The notes under the pieces were generated by a model that was given only the letters and a program-made list of their open reading frames with translations, had not been told where the DNA came from and made no database searches. DNA of 64,000 bases from Haliotis cracherodii (lineage: Eukaryota): the NCBI RefSeq assembly GCF_022045235.1, contig NW_027266308.1:44082001-44146000 (forward strand), given 5' to 3'. Within the stretch, counting starts at the first letter, position 1. The number at the start of each line of letters is the position of its first letter. Below are positions 12,383-25,100 of the stretch, piece after piece. A program made the position numbers and the translations under genes.

Positions 12383-12587
12383 GGGGGCGGTCGGGTAGCC
12401 TAGTGGTTAAATCGTTCACTCGTCACGCCGAAGACCCGGGTTTGATTCCCGACATGGATACAAAGCGTGAAGCCTATTTCTGATGTCCCCCGCCGTGTTA
12501 TTGCTGGAATATTGCTAAAAGCGGCGTAAACACCCCACCCCCCACCCCACACACACACACACACGCACGCACGCACGCACGCACGCA
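12383..12587 (+). mobile_element. SINE family D (tRNA-Asp-like head, about 165 bp)
   Basis: tagcctagtggttaa...cgtcacgccgaagacccgggtt.gattcccgac resembles tRNA-Asp(GTC); shared 3' tail followed by CA/GCAC repeats. Confidence 0.85.
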
Positions 12588-13124
12588 CTCTTCCCGTTCT
12601 CACGGAACACATCGTTAGTTCGGGTGCACACTGCGTTCTCCTGTGAATACATACGGCTGATCTCCGTCTAGTGGTGGCGAGTGTCTATTTTCAGTCAGCT
12701 AATCGAATGAGTTCGTGTATATCTCGAGGAATTCAAATGAACCCTACTTAAATGATATTATAAAAAAATATTTTAAACGAGTTTTATTTTGGCCCAATAT
12801 TCATAATACAGAACGTAAATAACAACGAATGAATCTTAAGTATTGATACTGATAATCATGTTTCTGAATCATGTTACAGTTCTGAGGGGACACAAGTCAG
12901 ACGATGCAAACACTATATCATCGTAGCGGTTCCCGTGGCAGGAGATTGCCATATCTCCCCATTCAATATCATGACATCGTTGACGCTGTTTCGTTGACAT
13001 GGCAACCATGACTTTATCGTTGCCTTCAAGTGAAAGTTGTTCCTACAAGGAGTTTGACACAGTTGTGAGAAAATACCTTAGGTTCATCAATCTATACAAG
13101 ACAATCTGCTTGACCTCCAGATGG

Positions 13125-13660
13125 GAAAGCCTCAGGCGTATCCAGGCCAACAGACCTGACCTTGTCTCTTTTGATAAATCCAATGAAATCATTTATATTA
13201 TTGAATTATATGTCCTTTTAGACAATAATGTGATTGACAAGATTCAGGAAAACATGGCAATTATGCAGACCTCGTTTTCGAAATGTCACGCTTGCATCCC
13301 AAATACCAAGTTGTCCGACTCCCCATTGTTCTCGGTGCCATAGGTTTGGTACCTCCAAATCTGTTTACTGACATTGGGAGAGTGCCCGGGTTTGCTACCT
13401 TGAATACAGCCCTTCTGACAGTCTGGGTAATGCAGAAGGCTGCAGTGTTGGGGAATCTTCACGTTCTCCGAAAAGTTCAGGGTTTGTTTGACCAGCCAGC
13501 GCTTCCTGAGAGAAGTCTCATTCGCTGTCTGGGCTGCGTTTGGAGGGGGCGAGGGCCCTGAACGGATGATTAGCCTAACCAGCTTGTCTGTGCCAGGATC
13601 ACCCAAACCCTCTTTGCTGCATTTTGTTATTTTAATCTGTAAATACTAATATTGATAATC
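13125..13660 (+). mobile_element. 3' fragment of an R4/Dong-like non-LTR retrotransposon (restriction-like endonuclease domain plus 3' UTR)
   Basis: ANRPDLVSFDKSNEIIYIIELYVLLDNNVIDK../..EMSRLHPKYQVVRLPIVLGAIGLVPPNL...MQKAAVLGNLHVLRKV matches the RLE PD-(D/E)xK domain (RPD...I(D/E)...P.V.GA.G); frameshifted. Confidence 0.82.
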
Positions 13661-14779
13661 AGACAATAGATCCCACCACGCTGGCTCTTTCCCCAATCGC
13701 TCCCAGTTATAATGAGAGGGCCTGGTTTGATTAACGTGAAGGCGCTTCATGATAGAATTGGATTGTGCACTTTTGCACACATTTATTTGTCTGATGGTCC
13801 TCTTGTGAAGCATGTCCAGACTCCTGATGAAAACAAGCCATCCCACGGTTACCTTAAACCGTATTTTTTGTGTATAATATTACGTAAATGGTGTGAATAT
13901 ATGACACAGAGTTTAAGTACCTTTGACATCTAGAATGACTGCCCCCATCTCTTTGTCCAGCATAGTAAGTAGTCGGTCCTTTATAAATACATGAACGGTT
14001 ACTAATTCTAGTGTTTGGTCGACAAATAGCCTTTTAGTCCTAGTTTGTGTTTACAAAGGAAATTCTAAGTCACACATCTGCTGACATTGAATAAGTCGAT
14101 ACAATAATATACAAGGTTTGTAAAAATTGGATGACGTTCAGAATTAATATGTCTGTAAACGTTAAATGAAAACTGAAAATCCATTATAACTTATCCATCT
14201 GAACATACCTAAAGCCCACACATCTAAGGTAATATCCGGGGTAAGCCAGGATAAGTTAAGTTGTTCTCGTTGGTTCTTGCGTCGCTCATCAAAGAATACT
14301 TTCTTCTCTTATCCTCATTGCATGCATATCTTGTGTTCCAACAACGATGAAATGTCCGTGAAATGTCGACTGAAGACACTATAGCAATATATCATATACT
14401 GAGTACCTAAGTATCATGCAAACTACGGGTTTCCTTTTGTATTACAATACTATTTTCACAAAACCCGAACTCTATCCTTATCTCAGCTAATATGATCCAT
14501 TATGATCTATAATGATCTCAGTCTATATATTAGTATGGGCACTCATCCACACCAAGGGCTTCCAAGTTACAACATGTCAGCTGAAACATATCATGTTCAA
14601 TCTTTCCAATCAATAACTCTTGCACCCTGCTGTATCTATCAAAGCGAAATAATGCAATATTGAGATAATCAAGTATTAATTGTCTGAATATATTTGGATT
14701 GGACGAAATTATAGACAAAAGAATAAGTGATTGAGCCCACTGGGGAACCGTGAAACCGGGAACACGTGTCTTTTCTAAA

Positions 14780-14785
14780 CACACA

Positions 14786-14825
<40 letters not shown>

Positions 14826-14827
14826 CA
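14780..14827. repeat. (GCAC)n microsatellite
   Basis: Direct inspection. Confidence 0.95.
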
Positions 14828-16064
14828 TATGCATATAATCATTCCTTTGTAGAACTCGGAATAAAAAGACCCAAACTATGACTTTTACATCATATTTATT
14901 ATTCGTGTAAACCACTTTTGGCAATACCAAATCCGCTCTTTTTAAAATTAGAAAATAGTCAGAAATTGTTTAACCTTTGACAATCAACAGACATGTGTTT
15001 GAAATACGCCATGAGCACGAATTTACTGCGGTATGAACGGAAGTCATGCGTTGACATTACTTTAAATCCGTTCTCAATATTAATGACGATCGTGCGTTTG
15101 CGTAGGCCACCGGTGGGGCAGGATACGCTCACCTTTTCGCGAACACCTGGTATCATTACTATTTGATAGTGAGTCATAAACACATGTTCATAATATGTTC
15201 AACATGTTCAGTCGGAATCGTACAATCGATTTATGTAGAGATTTCTATTGGATATGGGAAGGATTTTGTCGCTTTATTTATATGAAATAAACACCCAAAG
15301 TTAGTTCATATCGGAAATCATATTCAAATCAGGCCGACGTATGCATTTCTTACTGTTTTTGCGTTTGTTTCATGTGTGTAAAATCCATCTTTTTGTCTCG
15401 TGTAAACCCGTGAATGGAGAATGTGTCCTGCGACTGGGGTATATTTCTGGAACTGAATCAGCTTTAACGATGGATCGATACGACGATAATATTGCCATTG
15501 TCTTGAACCAGTTTAGCCTTCAGAATAGATTAGCACAAATCTGTCAGCGTTGTGAGGAATCTTGGAACTGGTGCGAAACGCAGACAAGGCTTTAGTCGAA
15601 ATTTCAGTCAATAGTTGTGTCAGCCAAACGTCACCGAAGACACCAAAGGCTGGAGCTGCATGAAGGTAAAGGTGACTATTGGAAGGTTAAAGTCATCCTT
15701 CTTGTCATACAGTCTTGTGGAGAGTCTGTATCCAAAGATTTAAATATGAAAAAGACGAGTCTCTTTTATTTCTAGTTCAGGTAGGGAAATCAGTGGAAGA
15801 GAATTGACTCTTTGACTATAATTAAACTATATTAGATAATCGATAAACCTGAACCTTAACTTAACTTGGCTTGTTTCGATTTTGCAATCCAATTTTGCCA
15901 ATTTCCACATTTCTTCATAGACTAATGTACAAATTAGTCTCACAAACTACACAGGAAGTTAATAGTTTCCCCGTAAAAAGCCGGACGTCTCCAACTTATC
16001 TTAGACCCCGGTGTTGGTAACAGGACATCGCATCAGAAGTGGAAATGTATTTTATTACATCATT

Positions 16065-16666
16065 TTTCACCTTTAACGTATTGGGGAATATTTCACCTTT
16101 AACGTATTGGGGAATATTTCACCTTTAACGTATTGGGGAATATTTCACCTTTAACGTATTGGGGAATATTTCACCTTTAACGTATTGGGGAATATTTCAC
16201 CTTTTACTTATTGGGGAATATTTCACCTTTAACTTATTGGGGAATATTTCACCTTTTACTTATTGGGGAATATTTCACCTTTTACTTATTGGGGAATATT
16301 TCACCTTTAACGTATTGGGGAATATTTCACCTTTAACGTATTGGGGAATATTTCACCTTTTACTTATTGGGGAATATTTCACCTTTAACTTATTGGGGAA
16401 TATTTCACCTTTTACTTATTGGGGAATATTTCACCTTTTACTTATTGGGGAATATTTCACCTAACGTATTGGGGAATATTTCACCTTTAACGTATTGGGG
16501 AATATTTCACCTTTAACGTATTGGGGAATATTTCACCTTTAACTTATTGGGGAATATTTCACCTTTAACTTATTGGGGAATATTTCACCTTTAACTTATT
16601 GGGGAACATTTCACCTTTAATGTATTGGGAATATTTCACCTTTAACTTATTGGGGAATATTTCACC
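16065..16666. repeat. 26-bp minisatellite, about 23 near-identical units
   Basis: Consensus ttcacctttaacgtattggggaatat, with variants aacttatt and tacttatt. Confidence 0.97.
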
Positions 16667-16715
16667 AAACAGAATACAACTATCATTCTATTGGTTCGAT
16701 TAGATAGATACAATA

Positions 16716-16805
16716 AAGCCCATTTCTGGTGACCCCGTCGTGATATTGCTGGAATATTGCTGAAAAGCGGAGTAAAACAATAATCACTCACTCACACACA
16801 CACTC
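16716..16805 (+). mobile_element. SINE family D, 3' fragment
   Basis: aagcccatttctggtg.cccc...gatattgctggaatattgctgaaaagcgg.gtaaaac followed by (ACTC)n. Confidence 0.8.
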
Positions 16806-16959
16806 GGTCTATCCTCCCACAGTACTGACTGACACACTATTCTTTGTTTTTCATTAATCTTGCATACAATTCAAGACGAACAGATTTCGCAACAATTATA
16901 TTCAGCACATTTCAATTGGGGAGGGAGCTCAAACTTACATTACACTCCCTTTTTCAACC

Positions 16960-16960
<1 letters not shown>

Positions 16961-17017
<57 letters not shown>
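16961..17017. repeat. (CA)n microsatellite
   Basis: Direct inspection. Confidence 0.98.
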
Positions 17018-17021
<4 letters not shown>

Positions 17022-17586
17022 AATCATAACGGCGCGCAATATACGTTGATATTGATGACGACGTCGATGCGTTTACGACAGATTATCGAAGACCACCTGC
17101 GAGCCTTCAACGTGCTGAGAAACCTAGAGACCTAGAAATGGGGACTAGATACAGGTTACAAGTACACATGCACTCAACACGTGTCCTCGGCGACTCGTGA
17201 TTTTTAGATATAACTGTTTCATCAGATTGCAAACATCTGCGTTTATTATTTATTATTTTAAGGTAATCTGCGTTCGCCTCAATTCTAAATGCCAATGGTT
17301 TGGCACATTTCCTTTTCTTAAAATAACCTCCAGCAACAATGCAATGTTGCACACACGGTACGTTTCAAGTGAGCTAAACGTTCCACGTTCTGATATCTGT
17401 TCCCATAAAAAAAGTGTGCCTGCCAATAATATGATATTACATTACTTGCATGTGTAATGCAGTATACTGACGTGAAAGGTAATATGATCTCAATGTAATG
17501 TTCTTTAGTGCAACATTCTTCATTTCATCTGTATATTTGGTACAGCCATTTCTTCTCATCCAAGGGGTAAACATCTACAGCCATCA

Positions 17587-18095
17587 ACTCCTCCGTGGTC
17601 CAGTGGGTAGAACGTCTGCTCAGAGGACGGAAGGTCAGTGGTTCGATCCCCTGGTGCTTCAACAAGAACTGGGGGCACGGGTGGCCCAGTCGTCTAAGGC
17701 GCCGCGATTTGCTGTGCAGAGTTGCGTCCCTTGAACATGCCAGAGACCTATGATTGTGGTTTCGAATCCTAGTTCGCCCCGGTTATGTTTCTAGGTTTGT
17801 CAGCACCATACCCGTGCTCGTGGGTTTCACCGAAGTAGTAAACGTCTGAGACCTACATGACTTCGGGCTTTCCTCCCACATTAAGCTGACACGCCGCGAT
17901 ATAACTGGAATATTTTTAAAGCGGCGTTAAACCCAACTCACTCACTCACTCACCCACTCACTCAACAAGGACTTGTCGGCTCGGCGTCAGTATACTGTGT
18001 ATGAGTGGGGTGTTCATGTTAGACTGCGGCATGGTAACTCAGTGGACTAGCACTATAAAACCGACATAAGATCAGTACAAGCACACGCACGCGCA
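17587..18095 (+). mobile_element. SINE family M (internally deleted) interrupted by a family V SINE
   Basis: Head ctccgtggtccagtgg...ggttcgatccc at 17587-17650; body resumes aacaaggacttgtcggctcggcgtcagtatactg...ctagcactataaa at 17964. Confidence 0.8.
17672..17963 (+). mobile_element. SINE family V, full length, nested in family M
   Basis: ggggcacgggtggcccagtcgtctaaggcgcc...gcggcgttaaacccaactcactca; TSD aacaagaact (17661-17670) / aacaaggact (17964-17973). Confidence 0.92.
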
Positions 18096-18714
18096 CGCGA
18101 ACACGTGAACATATTTACATATTATTCACATGACGTGGATAACATTGATTATATCAATTCCAGAGCTACAGATAAGCAGCGTTTAGAACAGTTATATACA
18201 TCTAAAACATCATTTCATTTTTTTAATCTTAAAATGTTCACTAGTTTTTTGGGAAAACACAATGGAGTGATCAATTGAAAAAGAAACCCTAGCGTCAAAA
18301 CTCAAATGCTCAAAAAGGTATATGGAGCTCTGCAGTTCGCAACACGTAGGCATGGTATATGAGGAAAGCAATTTGCGTGAGACTTTAAACAACCAGAATA
18401 CAGTGTTTTCTCAGACGTTACCCTACGCCATGGCATGATGTGTTAATCACATCTAAAACACATTATGGTCCTACACAGTTTTTAGTTTCAATTCTCTGGG
18501 TCGTGTTGCTTCTGAGATCCTTTAAGATGTCGAAGTTCGAATTTGTTTTCTACTTGTCAAAGCAGTGTTTCAGATACCAAGAACTAGCGATGTTTCACAT
18601 TTCGATACTGTTTCCATTGTTTTTACAAACAATTCTTTTCTTGGTCTAACGCTAGACATCCTTCTAAAGTTTCAAATGCTTGAGCTATCTGGTTAAAACC
18701 CATAGTCCTATAGC

Positions 18715-18810
18715 AACCTGTGATCCTCGTACGAGGGGTTGACTGCATGTCATCGTATCCCAGTTGCGAGGATCCTGATATCAATTACTGGATTGTCTGG
18801 TCTAGACCAG
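18715..18810 (+). mobile_element. SINE family X, degraded internal fragment
   Basis: catgtcatcgtatcccagttgcg...actggattgtctggtctagac matches the family X body. Confidence 0.55.
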
Positions 18811-19197
18811 CCGAAAGTCTTTGTTTCAACACAAGTGTCAATCTTATTTCACTATTCCGTCCCCAGAGTTTGTAGCTGGCTGAACGTGACAGAACGTTAA
18901 GTATGTTTACATTGTCTGTCAGTTTTATTCAGTTCCCAGTTGTAGCAAACCTGAAAAACCCGAAGCACTGAGTTCAGAATCACAGCCCTCAAATGCTACT
19001 TGTCAACATGAGGACAACCAGAGGATTTTTACTTGTCTTCAGCACAATTTAGAAGTCTCGGGCTATTTCGAAGGCTGCAGACACCATTATTCCCAAAACG
19101 CCGTTACGGAGCCAGTGTGGTGTTAACCGATTAACAAATTAATACAAACACAGCTCCTGAAGTTTCAGGTTCTTCCTTTGCAGTACCACTTTGCTTT

Positions 19198-22100
19198 GAT
19201 ACACCTGACTGCATGTATACTCCATGTGTACCCCATGTGTACTGCATGTGTACTCCATGTGTATTGCATGTATAACTCTGATGATGCCATAAGCTCACCT
19301 TGCACACATTAGTTCCCAAAATACACTTGACCGTATGTATAAATCTGATTGTGCCATAAGCTCACCTTGCACAAATTGTTTGCTGAAACTTCCGAAACTA
19401 TTCTTTTTCTAAAATACACTTGACTGCATGTTTAACTCTGATTGTGCTATAAACTCGCCTTGCACACATTAGTTTCCGAAATACACTTGACCGTATGTAT
19501 AAATCTGATTGTTCCATAAGCTCACCTTGCACAAATTGTTTTCTGAAATAGACTTGCCTCATATGTTTAATTATGCCATAAGCTCACCTTCTATGCTTCA
19601 TCATACTTCTGATTATGCTACGAACTCGCCTTGCACATATTGGTTCCCGAAAAATGCTTCGCTGTATGCATAACTCTGATTGTGCCATAAGTTCACCTTC
19701 CACAAATTGTTTGATGAAAAACGCTTGACTGTATGTCTCAATCTGATTATGATATAAACTCGCCTTGCAAAAATTGTATAACTCTGATTATGCCAAAAAC
19801 ACACCTTGCACACATTAGGTCCCGAAATACACTTGACCGTATGTATAAATCTGAGTGTGCCATAAGCTCACCTTGCACAAATTGTTTGCTGAAACTTCCG
19901 AAACTATCCTTTTTCTAAAATACACTTATATGCATGTTTAACTCTGATTGTGCTAAAAACTCGCCTTGCACACATTAGTTCCCGAAATACACTTGGCTGT
20001 ATGTATAAATCTGAGTGTGCCATAAGCTCACCTTGCACAAATTGTTTGCTGAAACTTCCGAAACTATTTTTTTTTCTAAAATACACTTGACTGCATGTTT
20101 AACTCTCATTGCGCTATAAGCTCACAATGCACAAATTGTTTGCTGAAACATACTTGGCTGTATGTATAACTCTGATTATACCATGAGTCCGCTATGCTCA
20201 TATTGTTTGATGAAATGCACTGGACTGTATATATAACTATGATTATGCCATAAGCTCACATTTGACATATTGTTGGCTGAAACATACTTGACTGCATGTA
20301 TAACACTGATAAGGCCATTAGCTCACCATGCACACATTTCGAAATACACTTGACTGTATTTATAACTAAAATTGTGCCATACATTTGCCTTGCACACATT
20401 GTTTGATGAAATACACTTGACCCAATGTATAAATCTGATTATGCCATTAGCTCACCATGCACATATTGTTTCATGAAATGCATTTGCCTGTATGTATAAC
20501 TCTGATTATGCCATTAGCTCACAAGGCACACAATGTTTGATGAAATACACTTGCCTGTATGTACAACTATGATTATACCATTAGCTCACCATGCACGTGT
20601 CTCCACGTATACATCTGATTATATCATAAGCTCGGCTTGCACACATTTTTTGCTGAAATGAGCTTCAGGGAATGTATAATTCTGATCATGACATAAACTC
20701 ACCTTCCACACATTGTTTGCGGAAACATACTTTACTGAATACGTAACTCTCAATATGAGATCATAAGCTCTCCATGCACATATTGGTTCCTGAAATACAC
20801 TTTTCATGCATGTATAAATCTAAATATTACGTTAACTCGCCTTGCAAACATTGTTTGCTGCAATACACTAAATCTTGACTGCATGTAAAACACTGATTAT
20901 ACCATTAGCTCACCATGCTCATATTGTTTGATGAAATACACACGACTGTATGTATAACTCTGATTATGTCCTAAGCTTAACTTGTACACATTGTTTGCTG
21001 AAATGTGCTTAACTGTTTGCACAATTCTGATTATGCCATAAGCTCACCTTCCACATATTGTTTGATGAAATACACTTGACCTTATGTATAACCGATTATG
21101 CCATCAGCTCATTGTGCACATATTGTTAGATGAAATTCACTTGACCTTATGTATAACCGATTATGCCATCAGCTCACCTTGCACGCATTATTTGCTGAAA
21201 TGCGCTTGACTGTATGTATAACTGTGACTATATTGAGGCTCACTTTGCAAAAATTGTTTGATGAAAAGCACTTGACCTTATGTAAACTCATTATGCCATT
21301 AGCTCACCTTACACGCAATGTTTGCTGAAAGACAATTGTCTCCATTTATTACAGGCACAAATTGGTTCCCGAAACACACCTGGCTGTAAGTATAACATTA
21401 ATTATGGCATAAGCTCACCTTGCACACAATGCGCTTCACTGTATGTATAATTCTGATCATGCCAAATACTTATCTTGCGCAAATTGGTTCCTGAAATACA
21501 CTTGACTGTATGTCTAACTATGGTTCTGTCATAAGCTCACCGTGTACGTATTGTTTGATGAAATCCATTTGACTGCATGTATAACTCTGATTATGCAATA
21601 AGCTCACCTTGCACACATTGTTTGCTGAAATGCGCTTCACCGTCTGTATAATTCTGGCTATGCCAAAAGCTCAACTTGCAGACATTGTTTCCTTGACACT
21701 TGACTGAATTAAAAGTCTGATTCAGCTCACCATGCACATATTGTTTGATGAAATACGCTTGACTGTATATATAACTATGTTTATGCCATAAGCTCACATT
21801 TGACATATTGTTGGCTGATACATACCTGACTGCATGTATAACACTGATAAGGCCATTAGCTCACCATGCACACATTGTTTGACGAAATACACTTGACTGT
21901 ATTTTTAACATTTTGCCATTAGCTCACAAGGCACACAATGTTTGATGAATTACACTTGCCTGTATGTATAACTCTGATAATGCCATAAGCTCACCATGCA
22001 CTTGTCTCCACGTATACATCTGATTATATCATAAGCTTGCCTTGCACACATTGTTTGCTGAAATGAGCTTCAGGGCATGTATAATTCTGATTATGACATA

Positions 22101-25100
22101 AACTCACCTTGCACACATTGCGGAAACATACCTTACTGAATACATAACTGTCAATATTAGATCATAAGCTCACAATGCACGTATTGGTTCCTTACTGCAT
22201 TTATAAATCTGAATATTACGTTAACTCGCCTTGCAAACATTGTTTGCTGCAATACACTAAATCTTAAGCTTGACTGCATGTATAACTCTGATTATACCAT
22301 TAGCTCGCCATGCTCATATTGTTTGATGAAATACACTCGACTGTATGTATAACTTTGATTATGTCCTAAGCTCACCTTGCACACATTGTTTGCTGAAATG
22401 TGCTTAACTGTTTGTACAATTCTGACTATGCCATAGGCTCACCTTCCACATATTGTTTGATGAAATACACTTGACCTTATGTATAACCGATTATGCCATT
22501 AGCTCACCTTGCCCATAATTGTTCCTGAAATTCTATTGACAGTATGTATAACTCTGTTTATGCCTTAAACTCATCTTGCACGCATTATTTGCTGAAATGC
22601 GCTTGACTGTATGTATAACTGTGACTATATTGAGGCTCACTTTGCAAAAATTGTTTGCTGAAAAGCACTTGACCTTATGTAAACTCATTATGCCATTAGC
22701 TCACCTTACACACAATGTTTGCTGAAAGACAATTGTCTCCATTTATTACTCTGATTATGACATAAGCTCACCTTGCACAAATTGGTTCCCGAAACACACC
22801 TGGCTGTAAGTATAACATTAATTATGGCATAAGCTCACCTTGCACACATTGCGTTTCACTGTATGTATAATTCTGATCATGCCAAATAGTTATCTTGCGC
22901 AAATTGGTTCCCGAAATACACTTGACTGTATGTCTAACTATGGTTCTGTCATAAGCTCACCGTGTACGTATTGTTTGATGAAATCCATTTGACTGCATGT
23001 ATAACTCTGATTATGCAATAAGATCAACTTGCACACATTGTTTCCTTGACACTTGACTGAATTAAAAGTCTGAATCAGCTCACCATGCACATGTTGGTTC
23101 CAGAAATACACATGGCTGCATGTATTACTCTGATTATGCCATAAACGCAACTTTCATACATTCTTTCCATAAATGAGATTCACTCTATGAATAACTCTGA
23201 TGATGCAGTAAACTCAACTTGCACACATTCTTTTCTTTAATGCACTCTTCTTGTGGCATAAAATCACAATGTACATATTGTTACCTGAAACACACTTGAC
23301 TACATGTATAGCTCTGTTTATGTCAAAAGCTCACCATCCACATATTGTTTGATGAAATACACTTGACTGTATGTATAACTCTGTTCATGTCAAAAGCTCA
23401 CCATCCACATATTGCTTGATGAAATACACGTGGCTGTTTGTTTACTCTGAATATGCCATAAGCTCACCTCGCGCATATTATTTTCTGAAATTCACTTCAA
23501 AGTTTGTATAGCTTTGATTATGCTATAAGCTCACCTTGTACATATTTCTTGATGAAATACACTTGACTGTATGTATAACTCTGATTATGCCAATAGCTCA
23601 CCGTGCACATATTGTTTGATGAAATACACTTGACTGTATGTCTATCTCTGATTTTTGCCATAAGCTCACAATGCCCATATTGTTTGATGAAATACGCTTG
23701 AATGTGGGTACAACACTGATAATGCCAATTTCTCACCATGCACATATTGTGTTATGAAACTGTATGCATAACTCCGATTATGCCTTAAGCCACACCTTAG
23801 ACATATTGTTTCTGGAAAGTTTATTGTGTGCATAACTCTGATTATGGCATGTACTCTCCATGTACATAGAGGTTGCTGACATACTCTTGGCAGTATGTAT
23901 AATTCTGATTGTGCCATAAGCCACACCTTCCACATATTGTTTGATGACACTGTATGTATAACTCCGATTATGCCTTAAGCCACACCTTAGACATATTGTT
24001 TCTGGAAAGTTTATTGTGTGCATAACTCTGATTATGTCATGTACTCTCCATGTACATAGAGGTTGCTGACATACTCTTGGCAGTATGTATAATTCTGATA
24101 CATGTTTGCTGAAATACATTTGACTGTACTGAAAACTCTGATTATGGCATACAATGACAATGTACATATTGTTTGATGAAACACGCTTGACTGTGTTAAC
24201 AACTCTGATTATGGCATAAGCTCACCTGGTACATATTGTTTGCTGGAATACGCTTGACAGCATGTATAGCTCTGATTATGCAATGTACTCCACTTGCACA
24301 CATTCCTTGCTGAAATAAGGTTGACTATGTATAACTCTGATCATGCCATAAGCTTGACTCCAAGTATAACTCTGATTACACCATAAACTCTGAAATACAC
24401 TTGGCTGAATGTAAAACTACGATTATGGAAATAGCTCACCTTGCACATATTGTTTTCTGAAATACACTTGGCTGCATGTATAACTCCGATTATGCAATAA
24501 GCTCACCTTGCACATATTGTTTCCTTAAATTCACTTCAAAGTTTGTATAACTCTGATTATACCATAAGCTCACCTTGGTCATATTGTTTGCTGAAATATA
24601 CTTGACTGTATGTATAACTCTGATTATGCCATCAGCTCACATTGCACATATTGTTTGCTGAAATACACTTGACTGCATGTATAACTCTGAATATTCCATA
24701 TACTCTCCTTGCACACAATATTTGCTGAACTTCGTTGGACAGTATGCATAACTCTGATTATGACATAACCTTGACTCTAAGTATACCTCAATAAACCCAT
24801 CTACCACACATTGGTTCCTTAAATGTGCTTCATTCATAACTATGAACATTTTGTTTGCTGAACAATACTCGACTGTATGTACAATCCTGATTATGCCTTA
24901 AGCTCACCTTGCACATATTCTTTGCTGACATACCCTCCAATATATTTATAACTCTGATTATGCCAATAGCTCACCATGCACATATTGTTTGATGAAATAC
25001 TCTTGACTGGATGTTTAACTCTGATTATGCCATAAGCTCACCTTGCACATATTGTTTGATGAAATACACTTAAAAGTTTGTATAACTCTCTTTATACCAT

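Noticed and set aside
15420-15610. Possible Penelope GIY-YIG C-terminus plus a degenerate hammerhead (cagacaaggctttagtcgaaatttcag)
   Set aside because: Similarity is too weak to support without a profile search; the catalytic core is not intact.
18157-18695. Possible non-autonomous DNA transposon (ccagagctacagataagcagcgttt ... aaatgcttgagctatctgg)
   Set aside because: Terminal match too poor and no second copy in the window.
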